From Escherichia coli (GTDB lineage: Bacteria > Pseudomonadota > Gammaproteobacteria > Enterobacterales > Enterobacteriaceae), in NCBI RefSeq assembly GCF_001677475.2, contig NZ_CP015229.1: a stretch of 64,000 nt of DNA. One strand, given 5' to 3'. Position numbers and translations under genes: made by a program. The notes beneath the pieces are model-generated. The model saw only the letters and a list, made by a program, of their open reading frames with translations, was not told the origin of the DNA and made no database searches. Shown in pieces: positions 36,730 to 49,028 of this stretch. Each line of letters begins with the position of its first letter. The first letter of the stretch is position 1.

Positions 36730-38709
36730 TCAGTGAGATTTGACTGATTTTACCCCCAGCCAGTCAATAATCCCCTGTGCCGCATGACGCCCTTCTGCCA
36801 TTGCGGTAACCACCAGATCAGCACCACGCACGGCGTCGCCACCGGCGAAGATTTTCGGATTGGTGGTCTGGTAACGGTACTGGCTTTCCACATCCGCGAT
36901 GATGCGGCCCCATTTGTCTACCGTTACACCGTGCGACTCCAGCCACGGCATCCCGTGTGGATTGAAGCCAAACGCCATAATCACCGCATCGGCTGGCATG
37001 ACAAATTCACTGCCCTCAATCGGTACAGGTCGCCGACGCCCCTGGGCATCCGGCTCGCCAAGACGCGTGCGCAGGAAACGAATCCCGCAAACGTGACCTT
37101 GTTCATTCAGCTCAAGCGCCACCGGCTGGACGTTAAATTCGAAGTTGGCCCCCTCTTCGCGGGCGTTCTTCACCTCTTTCTTCGAGCCTGGCATGTTAGC
37201 TTCATCACGACGATAAGCGCAGGTGACGTTACTCGCGCCGTGGCGCAGCGCAGTACGCACACAGTCCATCGCGGTGTCGCCGCCGCCCAGTACCACGACG
37301 TTAAGTCCGGCGGTATTGATAAACGGCTCTTCCGGTAGCTCTTCGAGCCCCATCACCTGTTTAGTGTTGGCGATGAGGAACGGCAGCGCGTCATAAACGC
37401 CCGGCGCATCTTCATTGGGTAAACCCGCTTTCATGGAACGGTAAGTGCCTACGCCAACGAAGACCGCGTCGTATTGTTCCAAAAGCGAATCCAAAGAGAC
37501 ATCTTTACCCACTTCACAATTGAGTTCGAAGTGAATCCCCATCGCGCTGAAGATTTCCCGACGGCGTGCCAGCAGGGATTTATCCAGTTTGAAAGAAGGA
37601 ATGCCGAAAGTGAGCAAGCCACCGATTTCTGGATGGCGATCGTACACCGTCACCGCCACGCCATTGCGGGTCAGAACATCCGCACAGGCCAGCCCCGCCG
37701 GACCTGCACCGATAATCGCCACCCGCTTGTCCACTTTGGTGACATGGCTTAAGTCAGGACGCCAACCTTTCGCCAACGCCTGATCTGAAATGTAGCGTTC
37801 AATGTTGCCGATAGTTACTGCACCGTGCTCATCGCGAATAGTACAGGCACCTTCACACAAACGGTCTTGCGGACAAACGCGTCCGGTAATTTCCGGCAGG
37901 GTGTTGGTCTGGTGAGAAAGCTCGACGGCGGCGTCGATGTTTCCGGCTTTCACCAGTTCAATCCACTGCGGTATATGATTATGCAGCGGGCAGGTCCATT
38001 CACAAACGCTGTGCTCGCCGCATTTAAGGCAGCGCGAGGCTTCCCGTTGTGCCTGATCGGCACGGAATGGCAGATAAATTTCATCAAAACCGGTTTTGCG
38101 CGCTTCAATCGCCAGTTTATCCGGCTCGCCACGCGCGGGCGTTGCCTGCATTTGTTCGACTTTACTCATTACCGGCATTTCTTGTGCCGCGGTACTGGCA
38201 TGCCACGGTTGATGTTCCTGACGTGCGGTGCGCAAGCGGCGGGATTTCGCCATGCCGGAGAGTGCGGCGTCAGTGACCAGTTGCAGCGCGTCTGCCGGGC
38301 AATTCTCGACACAGGCAGGACCGTTTTCGCGCCCTGCACAAAGATCGCATTTATGCGCCGTGGCTTTTACTTTTCCTGCCGCGACGGGTGTTAGGACGAT
38401 TTGCATCGTACCAAACGGACAGGCCACCACGCAGGATTTACAGCCAATACACTTTTGCTGATTGACCTGAATGCTGTCATCAACGTGGCTGATTGCGCCA
38501 TTAGGGCAGCTACGGGCGCAGGGCGCATCTTCACAATGGTGACAGGTCACTGCACTACGTTGCTGCTGATGTTTGATAACCGTAATTCGGGGATGAAAAT
38601 GGTGTTGGCTCAGGACATGTTGCTCATCATTGTGAGCCATGACACAGGCGATTTCACAAGCATGACAACCCAGACATTGCTGACTGTTGGCCATAATAAA
38701 ACGATTCAT
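36730..38709 (-). CDS. aegA: Fe-S cluster-containing oxidoreductase (ferredoxin-like N-terminus plus GltD-like FAD/NAD(P) domain)
   Basis: 659 aa with multiple CxxCxxCxxxCP motifs; matches AegA. Confidence 0.93.
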   Translation of the reverse strand: MNRFIMANSQQCLGCHACEIACVMAHNDEQHVLSQHHFHPRITVIKHQQQRSAVTCHHCEDAPCARSCPNGAISHVDDSIQVNQQKCIGCKSCVVACPFGTMQIVLTPVAAGKVKATAHKCDLCAGRENGPACVENCPADALQLVTDAALSGMAKSRRLRTARQEHQPWHASTAAQEMPVMSKVEQMQATPARGEPDKLAIEARKTGFDEIYLPFRADQAQREASRCLKCGEHSVCEWTCPLHNHIPQWIELVKAGNIDAAVELSHQTNTLPEITGRVCPQDRLCEGACTIRDEHGAVTIGNIERYISDQALAKGWRPDLSHVTKVDKRVAIIGAGPAGLACADVLTRNGVAVTVYDRHPEIGGLLTFGIPSFKLDKSLLARRREIFSAMGIHFELNCEVGKDVSLDSLLEQYDAVFVGVGTYRSMKAGLPNEDAPGVYDALPFLIANTKQVMGLEELPEEPFINTAGLNVVVLGGGDTAMDCVRTALRHGASNVTCAYRRDEANMPGSKKEVKNAREEGANFEFNVQPVALELNEQGHVCGIRFLRTRLGEPDAQGRRRPVPIEGSEFVMPADAVIMAFGFNPHGMPWLESHGVTVDKWGRIIADVESQYRYQTTNPKIFAGGDAVRGADLVVTAMAEGRHAAQGIIDWLGVKSVKSH

Positions 38710-38914
38710 AACGACCTTCTTTTTTGGTTGTAAAAACCTTATTCTTTATATGAGTGTTGTTATTACCCGACTTACAGGGGAATCGGCAATGTTCATGTGC
38801 CCAGAATAAGTAACTATTTCGCTATAAACTGTGGCAGATCAAATAATCCCATCACTGACTAAATTGTGTTTCAGCGAACTGGAACATTAATGATTTTTTG
38901 TGGAGAAGACGCGT

Positions 38915-40615
38915 GTGATTGTTAAACGACCCGTCTCGGCCAGTCTGGCCCGGGCCTTTTTTTACATTGTGCTGCTGTCGATTCTTTCCACGGGTATCGC
39001 TCTGCTAACTCTGGCGAGCAGTTTGCGCGATGCTGAGGCTATCAATATTGCCGGATCGCTGCGTATGCAGAGTTACCGCCTGGGCTACGACTTGCAAAGT
39101 GGCAGTCCACAACTCAATGCACATCGCCAGTTATTTCAGCAGGCACTGCATTCACCGGTATTAACCAACCTCAACGTCTGGTATGTGCCAGAAGCAGTAA
39201 AAACTCGCTATGCGCATCTGAATGCCAACTGGCTGGAGATGAATAATCGGCTCAGCAAGGGCGATTTGCCGTGGTATCAGGCCAATATTAATAATTATGT
39301 TAATCAGATAGACCTGTTCGTGCTGGCTTTACAGCACTACGCTGAACGCAAAATGCTGCTGGTGGTGGCGATTTCCCTGGCTGGCGGCATCGGTATTTTC
39401 ACGCTGGTCTTTTTTACTTTGCGCCGCATACGCCATCAGGTGGTTGCCCCGCTGAATCAGCTGGTTACCGCCAGTCAGCGTATTGAACACGGGCAGTTCG
39501 ACTCGCCGCCGCTGGATACCAGCCTGCCGAATGAGCTTGGCCTGCTTGCAAAAACCTTTAACCAGATGTCGAGCGAGCTGCATAAATTGTACCGTTCGCT
39601 GGAGGCGTCAGTAGAAGAAAAAACTCGCGATCTCCACGAGGCCAAGCGTCGTCTGGAGGTGTTGTATCAGTGTTCGCAGGCGCTGAACACCAGCCAGATT
39701 GATGTGCATTGTTTCCGCCATATTTTGCAGATTGTTCGCGACAATGAAGCGGCTGAATACCTGGAGTTAAATGTCGGTGAAAACTGGCGGATTAGCGAAG
39801 GGCAACCAAACCCGGAATTGCCGATGCAGATTTTACCGGTGACAATGCAAGAGACGGTTTACGGCGAACTGCACTGGCAAAATAGTCACGTTTCATCATC
39901 AGAACCGCTGCTTAACAGTGTTTCGTCGATGCTGGGACGCGGTTTGTACTTTAATCAGGCGCAGAAGCATTTTCAGCAGTTATTGTTGATGGAAGAACGT
40001 GCGACCATCGCCCGCGAATTGCACGACTCGCTGGCTCAGGTACTTTCTTACTTACGTATCCAGTTGACGTTACTGAAGCGTTCGATACCGGAAGATAATG
40101 CCACCGCACAAAGTATCATGGCCGATTTTTCCCAGGCGCTGAATGATGCTTATCGGCAGTTACGCGAGCTGTTAACTACTTTCCGCCTGACGCTGCAGCA
40201 GGCGGATCTCCCCTCCGCGTTGAGGGAAATGCTGGATACGTTACAAAATCAAACCAGCGCCAAACTGACCCTCGACTGCCGTCTGCCAACCCTGGCGCTG
40301 GATGCGCAAATGCAGGTGCATTTGTTGCAAATTATTCGCGAAGCGGTGCTGAATGCGATGAAGCACGCCAACGCCAGCGAAATCGCCGTTAGCTGCGTCA
40401 CCGCGCCGGATGGCAATCACACAGTCTATATTCGCGACAACGGGATTGGCATCGGTGAACCGAAAGAACCCGAAGGCCATTATGGTCTGAATATCATGCG
40501 CGAACGCGCGGAAAGATTGGGTGGGACGCTGACTTTTTCGCAACCTTCCGGCGGCGGCACGTTAGTGAGTATTAGCTTTCGCTCTGCGGAGGGTGAGGAA
40601 AGTCAGCTGATGTAA
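38915..40615 (+). CDS. narQ: Nitrate/nitrite sensor histidine kinase; GTG start
   Basis: 566 aa from (V)IVKRPVSASLARAFFYIVLL with HAMP and histidine-kinase domains; matches NarQ. Confidence 0.9.
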   Translation: MIVKRPVSASLARAFFYIVLLSILSTGIALLTLASSLRDAEAINIAGSLRMQSYRLGYDLQSGSPQLNAHRQLFQQALHSPVLTNLNVWYVPEAVKTRYAHLNANWLEMNNRLSKGDLPWYQANINNYVNQIDLFVLALQHYAERKMLLVVAISLAGGIGIFTLVFFTLRRIRHQVVAPLNQLVTASQRIEHGQFDSPPLDTSLPNELGLLAKTFNQMSSELHKLYRSLEASVEEKTRDLHEAKRRLEVLYQCSQALNTSQIDVHCFRHILQIVRDNEAAEYLELNVGENWRISEGQPNPELPMQILPVTMQETVYGELHWQNSHVSSSEPLLNSVSSMLGRGLYFNQAQKHFQQLLLMEERATIARELHDSLAQVLSYLRIQLTLLKRSIPEDNATAQSIMADFSQALNDAYRQLRELLTTFRLTLQQADLPSALREMLDTLQNQTSAKLTLDCRLPTLALDAQMQVHLLQIIREAVLNAMKHANASEIAVSCVTAPDGNHTVYIRDNGIGIGEPKEPEGHYGLNIMRERAERLGGTLTFSQPSGGGTLVSISFRSAEGEESQLM

Positions 40616-40690
40616 TGCCTCTTATTGACCAAAGAATAGTGGCACTTAAGGTTCAGTATAAAAGGGCATGATAATTTACATTAACTCCTT

Positions 40691-40708
40691 TTTTTCTCCA
40701 CGATTGGC
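40691..40708 (+). promoter_or_regulatory. BaeR response-regulator binding box in the acrD promoter
   Basis: tttttctccacgattggc matches the published BaeR consensus TTTTTCTCCATDATTGGC; 70 bp upstream of the acrD ATG. Confidence 0.6.
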
Positions 40709-40778
40709 TCGTACCTTGCCGCTACAGTGAAGCAAGTCAAGCCTACAACGATACGCAGAAACACGAGGTCCTCTTTTA

Positions 40779-43700
40779 ATGGCGAATTTCTTTATTGATC
40801 GCCCCATTTTTGCCTGGGTGCTGGCAATCCTGTTGTGTCTGACAGGTACCCTGGCGATTTTTTCATTGCCCGTTGAACAATACCCCGATCTCGCGCCACC
40901 GAATGTGCGAGTGACCGCTAACTATCCCGGCGCATCGGCCCAGACGCTGGAAAACACCGTGACCCAGGTTATCGAGCAAAATATGACCGGCCTCGATAAT
41001 CTGATGTATATGTCGTCTCAGAGCAGTGGTACCGGTCAGGCATCTGTCACTTTAAGTTTTAAAGCAGGCACCGATCCGGACGAAGCCGTGCAGCAAGTAC
41101 AAAACCAGCTGCAATCAGCCATGCGAAAGTTACCGCAGGCGGTGCAAAATCAGGGCGTGACGGTGCGTAAAACCGGCGATACCAACATTCTGACCATTGC
41201 CTTCGTCTCTACCGATGGTTCGATGGATAAACAGGATATTGCTGATTATGTTGCCAGTAATATTCAGGACCCGTTAAGCCGCGTGAATGGCGTCGGGGAT
41301 ATCGATGCCTATGGTTCGCAATATTCCATGCGTATCTGGCTGGACCCGGCGAAACTCAACAGTTTCCAGATGACGGCTAAAGATGTCACTGATGCCATTG
41401 AGTCACAGAACGCGCAGATTGCGGTTGGGCAACTTGGTGGTACACCTTCCGTCGATAAGCAGGCGCTCAACGCCACCATTAACGCCCAGTCACTGCTGCA
41501 AACACCAGAACAGTTCCGCGATATCACCTTGCGGGTGAATCAGGACGGCTCAGAGGTAAGGCTGGGCGATGTCGCCACCGTCGAAATGGGGGCGGAGAAA
41601 TACGATTATCTTAGCCGCTTCAATGGTAAACCAGCCTCCGGGCTGGGGGTAAAACTGGCCTCCGGCGCGAACGAAATGGCGACAGCGGAGCTGGTACTCA
41701 ATCGTCTCGACGAGCTGGCGCAGTATTTTCCACACGGACTGGAATACAAGGTGGCGTATGAAACCACCTCGTTTGTTAAAGCCTCCATTGAAGACGTGGT
41801 GAAAACGCTGCTGGAAGCTATCGCCCTGGTTTTCCTCGTTATGTATCTGTTCCTGCAAAACTTCCGCGCCACGCTGATACCCACTATCGCCGTGCCGGTG
41901 GTGTTGATGGGAACCTTCTCCGTACTATACGCCTTCGGTTACAGCGTCAACACATTAACCATGTTCGCGATGGTGCTGGCGATCGGTCTGCTGGTGGATG
42001 ATGCCATCGTGGTGGTGGAAAACGTCGAACGTATTATGAGTGAGGAAGGACTCACTCCTCGCGAAGCCACACGTAAATCGATGGGGCAGATCCAAGGGGC
42101 ACTAGTCGGGATTGCGATGGTTCTTTCGGCGGTATTTGTACCAATGGCCTTCTTCGGCGGCACCACCGGTGCCATCTATCGCCAGTTCTCTATTACCATT
42201 GTTGCGGCGATGGTGCTGTCTGTACTGGTAGCGATGATCCTCACTCCGGCTCTGTGTGCCACGCTACTTAAGCCACTGAAAAAAGGTGAGCATCACGGGC
42301 AAAAAGGCTTTTTTGCCTGGTTTAACCAGATGTTTAACCGCAACGCCGAACGCTACGAAAAAGGGGTGGCGAAAATTCTCCATCGTAGCCTGCGCTGGAT
42401 TGTGATTTATGTCCTGTTGCTTGGCGGCATGGTGTTCCTGTTCCTGCGTTTGCCGACGTCGTTCTTACCGCTGGAAGACCGGGGCATGTTTACTACCTCG
42501 GTACAATTGCCCAGCGGTTCAACCCAACAACAGACCCTGAAAGTCGTTGAGCAAATCGAGAAATATTACTTCACCCATGAAAAAGACAACATCATGTCGG
42601 TGTTTGCCACCGTTGGCTCTGGCCCTGGGGGCAACGGGCAAAACGTGGCGCGAATGTTTATCCGCCTGAAAGACTGGAGCGAACGCGACAGTAAGACCGG
42701 CACCTCATTTGCCATTATTGAACGTGCAACGAAGGCGTTTAACAAGATTAAAGAAGCTCGCGTTATCGCCAGCAGCCCGCCAGCAATTAGCGGTCTTGGC
42801 AGTTCTGCGGGTTTTGATATGGAGTTGCAGGACCACGCTGGAGCGGGTCACGATGCGCTGATGGCAGCACGTAACCAGTTGCTGGCGCTGGCGGCGGAAA
42901 ACCCGGAGCTAACCCGTGTGCGCCATAACGGCCTCGACGACAGTCCGCAGTTGCAGATTGATATCGACCAGCGTAAAGCTCAGGCGCTGGGCGTTGCTAT
43001 CGACGATATTAACGACACACTGCAAACCGCCTGGGGTTCGAGCTATGTGAATGACTTTATGGATCGCGGTCGCGTGAAGAAAGTCTATGTGCAGGCAGCT
43101 GCGCCGTATCGCATGCTGCCAGATGACATTAATCTCTGGTATGTCCGAAATAAAGATGGCGGCATGGTGCCCTTCTCTGCTTTCGCGACCTCACGCTGGG
43201 AGACAGGCTCACCGCGTCTGGAACGCTATAACGGTTATTCTGCGGTTGAGATTGTTGGGGAAGCCGCACCGGGGGTCAGTACCGGTACGGCGATGGATAT
43301 TATGGAATCGTTAGTGAAGCAGCTGCCAAACGGCTTTGGTCTGGAGTGGACGGCGATGTCGTATCAGGAGCGGCTTTCCGGCGCGCAGGCTCCGGCGCTG
43401 TACGCCATTTCCTTGCTGGTGGTATTCCTGTGTCTGGCGGCGCTGTATGAAAGCTGGTCGGTGCCGTTCTCGGTAATGCTGGTCGTGCCGCTGGGGGTTA
43501 TCGGCGCGCTGCTGGCAACCTGGATGCGCGGGCTGGAAAACGACGTTTACTTCCAGGTGGGCCTGTTAACGGTCATTGGTTTATCGGCGAAAAACGCCAT
43601 CCTGATCGTCGAGTTTGCTAACGAGATGAACCAAAAAGGCCACGACCTGTTTGAAGCGACGCTCCACGCCTGCCGTCAGCGTTTACGCCCGATTCTGATG

Positions 43701-43892
43701 ACCTCGCTGGCATTTATCTTCGGCGTATTGCCAATGGCAACCAGCACGGGTGCCGGTTCCGGTGGTCAGCATGCGGTGGGTACTGGCGTAATGGGCGGGA
43801 TGATTTCGGCCACTATTCTGGCTATTTACTTCGTGCCGCTGTTCTTTGTGCTGGTGCGCCGCCGCTTCCCGCTGAAGCCGCGCCCGGAATAA
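40779..43892 (+). CDS. acrD: RND-family aminoglycoside/multidrug efflux pump
   Basis: 1037 aa, 12-TMS RND transporter; matches AcrD. Confidence 0.96.
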   Translation: MANFFIDRPIFAWVLAILLCLTGTLAIFSLPVEQYPDLAPPNVRVTANYPGASAQTLENTVTQVIEQNMTGLDNLMYMSSQSSGTGQASVTLSFKAGTDPDEAVQQVQNQLQSAMRKLPQAVQNQGVTVRKTGDTNILTIAFVSTDGSMDKQDIADYVASNIQDPLSRVNGVGDIDAYGSQYSMRIWLDPAKLNSFQMTAKDVTDAIESQNAQIAVGQLGGTPSVDKQALNATINAQSLLQTPEQFRDITLRVNQDGSEVRLGDVATVEMGAEKYDYLSRFNGKPASGLGVKLASGANEMATAELVLNRLDELAQYFPHGLEYKVAYETTSFVKASIEDVVKTLLEAIALVFLVMYLFLQNFRATLIPTIAVPVVLMGTFSVLYAFGYSVNTLTMFAMVLAIGLLVDDAIVVVENVERIMSEEGLTPREATRKSMGQIQGALVGIAMVLSAVFVPMAFFGGTTGAIYRQFSITIVAAMVLSVLVAMILTPALCATLLKPLKKGEHHGQKGFFAWFNQMFNRNAERYEKGVAKILHRSLRWIVIYVLLLGGMVFLFLRLPTSFLPLEDRGMFTTSVQLPSGSTQQQTLKVVEQIEKYYFTHEKDNIMSVFATVGSGPGGNGQNVARMFIRLKDWSERDSKTGTSFAIIERATKAFNKIKEARVIASSPPAISGLGSSAGFDMELQDHAGAGHDALMAARNQLLALAAENPELTRVRHNGLDDSPQLQIDIDQRKAQALGVAIDDINDTLQTAWGSSYVNDFMDRGRVKKVYVQAAAPYRMLPDDINLWYVRNKDGGMVPFSAFATSRWETGSPRLERYNGYSAVEIVGEAAPGVSTGTAMDIMESLVKQLPNGFGLEWTAMSYQERLSGAQAPALYAISLLVVFLCLAALYESWSVPFSVMLVVPLGVIGALLATWMRGLENDVYFQVGLLTVIGLSAKNAILIVEFANEMNQKGHDLFEATLHACRQRLRPILMTSLAFIFGVLPMATSTGAGSGGQHAVGTGVMGGMISATILAIYFVPLFFVLVRRRFPLKPRPE

Positions 43893-43899
43893 GCAATAA

Positions 43900-43931
43900 A
43901 AAAGGCGACATGCCAATGTGTCGCCTTTTTC
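43900..43931. terminator. Bidirectional rho-independent terminator (acrD on plus, ypfM on minus)
   Basis: aaaaaggcgaca-tgccaatg-tgtcgccttttt: perfect stem flanked by an A-run and a T-run. Confidence 0.75.
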
Positions 43932-43990
43932 AACTTTCCGATTAAGAACCTGCTCAGCGGGTTCTTGCTGTTTGTACTTTGTCTCAGGAA

Positions 43991-44050
43991 TTACTTACGA
44001 AGCATAACTTCGATAAAGTCTTTCCAGTTCCCCAGTTCACGTTCAATCAT
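43991..44050 (-). CDS. ypfM: 19-aa small protein
   Basis: Reverse complement reads atgattgaacgtgaactggggaactggaaagactttatcgaagttatgcttcgtaagtaa = MIERELGNWKDFIEVMLRK; below the ORF-track size cut-off. Confidence 0.7.
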   Translation of the reverse strand: MIERELGNWKDFIEVMLRK

Positions 44051-44412
44051 AACAACCTCTCTTATAATTATGGGTATTCTACGGAAACAATATACCGTGG
44101 TGAAGCTAATTTACTCGATTGCTGCGATGACTACCTCCGGGGGACAAACCTTATGTAAATACTATGGTCCTGCGGTGATGATTTGTATGTGATACACAGC
44201 AACATTTCGAGATATTCATACGGCATCTAATACTTATTTAATTCTGGTTAAAATACAGACAGATAACAAGATGAATATTCTTAATGTTTACGTTAAAAAT
44301 GTTTAATATTATTTAATAGTTGTTAATTTGAATACTTCAATAATGTTATATTTCCTGATAATCATTTGCAGGCAAAATGTTTTCACTCTTAAATGAGTAT
44401 TTATTCTCATAA

Positions 44413-44787
<375 letters not shown>

Positions 44788-44790
44788 TCT

Positions 44791-45918
44791 ATGTCGTGCC
44801 CGGTTATTGAGCTGACACAACAGCTTATTCGCCGCCCTTCCCTGAGTCCTGATGACGCAGGATGCCAGGCTTTGTTGATTGAACGTTTGCAGGCGATCGG
44901 TTTTACCGTTGAACGCATGGATTTTGCCGATACGCAGAATTTTTGGGCATGGCGTGGGCAGGGTGAAACGTTAGCCTTTGCCGGGCATACCGATGTGGTG
45001 CCGCCTGGCGACGCCGATCGTTGGATCAATCCGCCGTTTGAACCGACCATTCGTGACGGCATGTTATTCGGGCGCGGTGCGGCAGATATGAAAGGCTCGC
45101 TGGCGGCGATGGTGGTAGCTGCAGAACGCTTTGTCGCACAACATCCCAACCATACGGGACGACTGGCATTTCTGATCACCTCTGATGAAGAAGCCAGTGC
45201 CCACAACGGTACGGTAAAAGTCGTCGAAGCGTTAATGGCGCGTAATGAGCGTCTCGATTACTGCCTGGTCGGCGAACCGTCGAGTATCGAAGTGGTAGGT
45301 GACGTGGTGAAAAATGGTCGTCGCGGATCGTTAACCTGCAACCTTACCATTCATGGCGTTCAGGGGCATGTTGCCTACCCGCATCTGGCTGACAATCCGG
45401 TACATCGCGCAGCACCTTTCCTTAATGAATTAGTGGCTATTGAGTGGGATCAGGGCAATGAATTCTTCCCGGCGACCAGTATGCAGATTGCCAATATTCA
45501 GGCGGGAACGGGCAGTAACAACGTTATTCCGGGTGAACTGTTTGTGCAGTTTAACTTCCGCTTCAGCACCGAACTGACTGATGAGATGATCAAAGCGCAG
45601 GTACTTGCCCTGCTTGAAAAACATCAACTGCGCTATACGGTGGATTGGTGGCTTTCCGGGCAGCCATTTTTGACCGCGCGCGGTAAACTGGTGGATGCGG
45701 TCGTTAACGCGGTTGAGCACTATAATGAAATTAAACCGCAGCTACTGACCACAGGCGGAACGTCCGACGGGCGCTTTATTGCCCGCATGGGGGCGCAGGT
45801 GGTGGAACTCGGGCCGGTCAATGCCACTATTCATAAAATTAATGAATGTGTGAACGCTGCCGACCTGCAGCTACTTGCCCGTATGTATCAACGTATCATG
45901 GAACAGCTCGTCGCCTGA
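44791..45918 (+). CDS. dapE: Succinyl-diaminopimelate desuccinylase
   Basis: 375 aa M20 peptidase matching DapE. Confidence 0.95.
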
Positions 45919-45945
45919 TGGGTGGTTCTGCAAGAGGAAATAAGC

Positions 45946-46146
45946 ATGGACTGGCTGGCTAAATATTGGTGGATTCTGGTGATTGTCTTTTTGGTAGGCG
46001 TCCTGCTGAACGTGATTAAAGATCTCAAGCGCGTCGACCATAAGAAATTTCTCGCCAACAAGCCGGAGCTTCCCCCGCATCGTGATTTCAACGATAAGTG
46101 GGACGATGACGACGACTGGCCGAAAAAGGATCAACCGAAGAAGTAA
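45946..46146 (+). CDS. ypfN: Small membrane protein (UPF0370)
   Basis: 66 aa from [21 protein letters not shown] with an acidic/basic C-terminal tail; matches YpfN. Confidence 0.85.
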
Positions 46147-46149
46147 GCT

Positions 46150-46215
46150 GAGCGGCCGGATAAGGCGTTAACGCCGCATCCGGCCATGATGCCTGATACG
46201 GTCTTATCAGGCCTA
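46150..46215. repeat. REP elements between convergent ypfN and ypfH
   Basis: gcggccggataaggcgttaacgccgcatccggcc and gcctgatacggtcttatcaggcctac match the REP consensus. Confidence 0.7.
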
Positions 46216-46226
46216 CCCGGCTATTA

Positions 46227-46925
46227 TTACATCATTTCAATCACATCATCATCGCCAGGCTTACCGCCACTTAGCGCTTCGTCGAAATAATGTTTCGGAA
46301 TGGTATAACGCAAGTGATCCAGGGCAAATTGCATACTGCGATTGTCGATCGCATGGCCTAAATCCTCCACGATATCCAGCGTCACGTCACCACCGGCACT
46401 GATTAACGCTTCCTGCGCCGCAACCGCATGCGCCAGATCGATAACCGGATCTTCACCACCATGAATCAAGTGAATTGTCGTGGCTGTAGACGCGGTTTCC
46501 GGCAGGCTCGCATAGCGTCCGTTAAAGGCAATGACGCGTGAGGCAAGGCCCGGTTCGGCTTTAATGCTCTCCAGCGCCATAATCGCGCCTTGAGAGAAAC
46601 CGATTAACGCCGTGGCGGTAGCCCCTACTCCGCTCTGTTTCTGCCAGTAGCGCACCGTCTCAATAAACGTCGGCATGATGGCATCCACACGCGCCTGGCG
46701 ATTATCTTCCGTAATACCCTGCACCGAAAACCACTGACGCCCCGCCGGATTACCGCTCGGCTCCGCGCCTCCGACACACACCACCAGCGCATCAGGAAAT
46801 AGCGGCGCAAACCAGCTACCTATTTCCCCCATTGCCACCGGGTTATCCCCGACACCGTGGAAAAGCAGTAACAACTGTTGCGCAGGTTTATCCGGGCTTT
46901 GAACAACAAAATGGTCATGTTTCAT
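46227..46925 (-). CDS. ypfH: Alpha/beta-hydrolase esterase
   Basis: 232 aa from MKHDHFVVQSPDKPAQQLLLLFHGVGD; matches YpfH. Confidence 0.88.
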   Translation of the reverse strand: MKHDHFVVQSPDKPAQQLLLLFHGVGDNPVAMGEIGSWFAPLFPDALVVCVGGAEPSGNPAGRQWFSVQGITEDNRQARVDAIMPTFIETVRYWQKQSGVGATATALIGFSQGAIMALESIKAEPGLASRVIAFNGRYASLPETASTATTIHLIHGGEDPVIDLAHAVAAQEALISAGGDVTLDIVEDLGHAIDNRSMQFALDHLRYTIPKHYFDEALSGGKPGDDDVIEMM

Positions 46926-46998
46926 GGCGAACTCCTTAACTGATGTCATTAATTTTACGCCGCTGACTCACAATGACCATGAGATAAAATTGAAGGAG

Positions 46999-49014
46999 TC
47001 AGTGAAAAAAATGCCATTGCGTTATGCGATCGCGCAGACGCTCAGTGCGAACATCATCAAGTGCGAACAGCGCCTGCGCGGCCTCTTCCCGCTGGCGAAC
47101 CAGTAACATCTTGCGGCCTGAAAGTTTAAGTGTGGTACATAACTGCGCGTCACTGGCGTTTTTCTGTAAACGCCCACGCAGCGCCGGTAATGCCAGTTCG
47201 CTGGTTTGTAACAGACGCATTAAGCAACCTAACGACGTTAATAGCGGACGATGAGCGAAAGCAAAACCGGCCAGTTCAAGCCAGTCGTCGTCAGAAAGGA
47301 CGGCATCGTTTAGTGGATCAACAGGGAGCGTTTCGCCATTCCACTGCGCGATAGTTTGCGCATCACGGCGTAAACGAAAATGCTCACGTTCTGCCAATTG
47401 TTTACCCGCTTCGCTAATCGGTAACAACGCCATCGCCGTATAGCAACCGCTGCTGGCTTCGCGATGATTACCCATTCGCACCAGCACAAAACCACAGCGT
47501 TGCCAGAAACGCCATAATTCCTCGGTGTAGCCAAAGCTTACCGAAAGGTAATCGAGGCCAAGCGTATATTGCAAAGCGCTGGCAATGAGCTGTTGCCCAA
47601 CGCCTTCGCCCTGACGCGCCGGATGGACTGCAATCCGGCTGACCCGCCGTCCGCGCAATGTCGCTGCCAGTGGATTGCTGCCGTGCGCCGCCAGCGACTG
47701 GGCCACCAGATTACCCCGAGGGCGACGAAAACCTGCCCATACCGCCTGACTGAGTTGTTGAGATAATCCCCCCTCATCCACCAGCCACAGCGCCCCGGCA
47801 ATCTCGTTTTCGCCAGCCGCCTGTAAAAAATGTTGCCCTGGTGCATCCATCATCCGGCGTAAATCCAGCGGCGAGGTCCGGTAGTGCGCGCCAGACAATA
47901 ATTGATAAACCTTTAACGGCGTTTCTGGCTCGCTTCGCCATAACGTCTGTTCAAATGCGGAAATGACGATATTGCCTTGTGGTGTGTGGGTGAAGTTTTC
48001 ATCGTCAAAAACCAGTGCCTCACTAACCATTTTTTCCAGCGGGCATCCCTGTGCCCAGCGGATCGGCTGTTGCAGTTCAAAACGGTGTAAATGCGGAAAG
48101 TGAGCGCAAAATTTCAGCAAAAAACCACGTCCTGTACCTTCGTAGCCCTGCACCGTAGTGGTTAACAACGTTCGAGGAAAACGCGATACCAGTTGATGCA
48201 ACAACGGCGCAGGTATGGCTGCGGCTTCATCGACCACCAGCCAGTCGGCTTGCTCATCGCTGGCTAACAAGGCATCCGGTGCAATAAAGCGAAACTTCTC
48301 GCCCGCAAATTGTGCCAGTACATCCGTTGCCGCTTTTGCGGGCGCGGTGACAATCGCACTGCCCGCAATACGAGAAATGAGTTGCCCTGCCAACGCCGAT
48401 TTACCGCGCCCACGCGCAGCCGTTACCGCTGCCACGCCCAATGGCATGGTCAGTAGCTGCTGTAAGAGTTGCTGTTGTTCTGGTTGTGGTGTGCCGGTCG
48501 CGGGGTGCCAGTCAGTACGGGGAGTAAAATGCGCCAACGAGAACGGCTGGTTTTGCCGCCAGAGAATAGCGTCGTTATCCGCCGTAAGTACGCGTTTGAG
48601 ATGCTGGACAAAATGCGGCGTCGCAATAGGGTCAGGGCAATCACTCCAGCGCAGCGAGTCGGCATCAGGTTGGTTTTCCCACTCTTCCCATACAGGGAGT
48701 AACAAAACCAGCCAACTTCCCGCTTTCAACGTTCCGCTAAGTGCCGCAAAGGCAGCGGCATCAAAGCCGTGGCGGGCGTCGAATACCGCATGCCGGAACT
48801 CGCGCCCAAGTAAAGTTTGTAGCGCCGAGGGTGAACTGTGGTTTTCAGCATCTGGCTGCGGCGAAATCCACAGCCAGTCGCCAGGTAAGGCATCACGCAA
48901 CTTAAGCGCATGAGCAAAACACCAACCCTCTTCCCCGCTCAACACCAGCAAGCGGCGGATCCCTTCACGTTTCATTTGCGCTGTTAATGTGTGAAGCGCA
49001 GTCAGTTCAGCCAT
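46999..49014 (-). CDS. tmcA: tRNA(Met) cytidine acetyltransferase (helicase-like domain plus GNAT domain)
   Basis: 671 aa matching TmcA (YpfI). Confidence 0.93.
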   Translation of the reverse strand: MAELTALHTLTAQMKREGIRRLLVLSGEEGWCFAHALKLRDALPGDWLWISPQPDAENHSSPSALQTLLGREFRHAVFDARHGFDAAAFAALSGTLKAGSWLVLLLPVWEEWENQPDADSLRWSDCPDPIATPHFVQHLKRVLTADNDAILWRQNQPFSLAHFTPRTDWHPATGTPQPEQQQLLQQLLTMPLGVAAVTAARGRGKSALAGQLISRIAGSAIVTAPAKAATDVLAQFAGEKFRFIAPDALLASDEQADWLVVDEAAAIPAPLLHQLVSRFPRTLLTTTVQGYEGTGRGFLLKFCAHFPHLHRFELQQPIRWAQGCPLEKMVSEALVFDDENFTHTPQGNIVISAFEQTLWRSEPETPLKVYQLLSGAHYRTSPLDLRRMMDAPGQHFLQAAGENEIAGALWLVDEGGLSQQLSQAVWAGFRRPRGNLVAQSLAAHGSNPLAATLRGRRVSRIAVHPARQGEGVGQQLIASALQYTLGLDYLSVSFGYTEELWRFWQRCGFVLVRMGNHREASSGCYTAMALLPISEAGKQLAEREHFRLRRDAQTIAQWNGETLPVDPLNDAVLSDDDWLELAGFAFAHRPLLTSLGCLMRLLQTSELALPALRGRLQKNASDAQLCTTLKLSGRKMLLVRQREEAAQALFALDDVRTERLRDRITQWHFFH

Positions 49015-49028
49015 CCCTGCCCCGGAAG

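Noticed and set aside
38710-38914. Possible FNR or NarL/NarP sites in the aegA-narQ divergent region (for example tgtggcagatcaa)
   Set aside because: Only half-site matches to TTGAT-N4-ATCAA were seen; not enough to call a site without footprint data.
43965-44192. 75-aa plus-strand ORF overlapping ypfM in antisense
   Set aside because: AT-rich, low-complexity translation with no ribosome-binding site; the conserved 19-aa ypfM on the opposite strand is the better-supported call.
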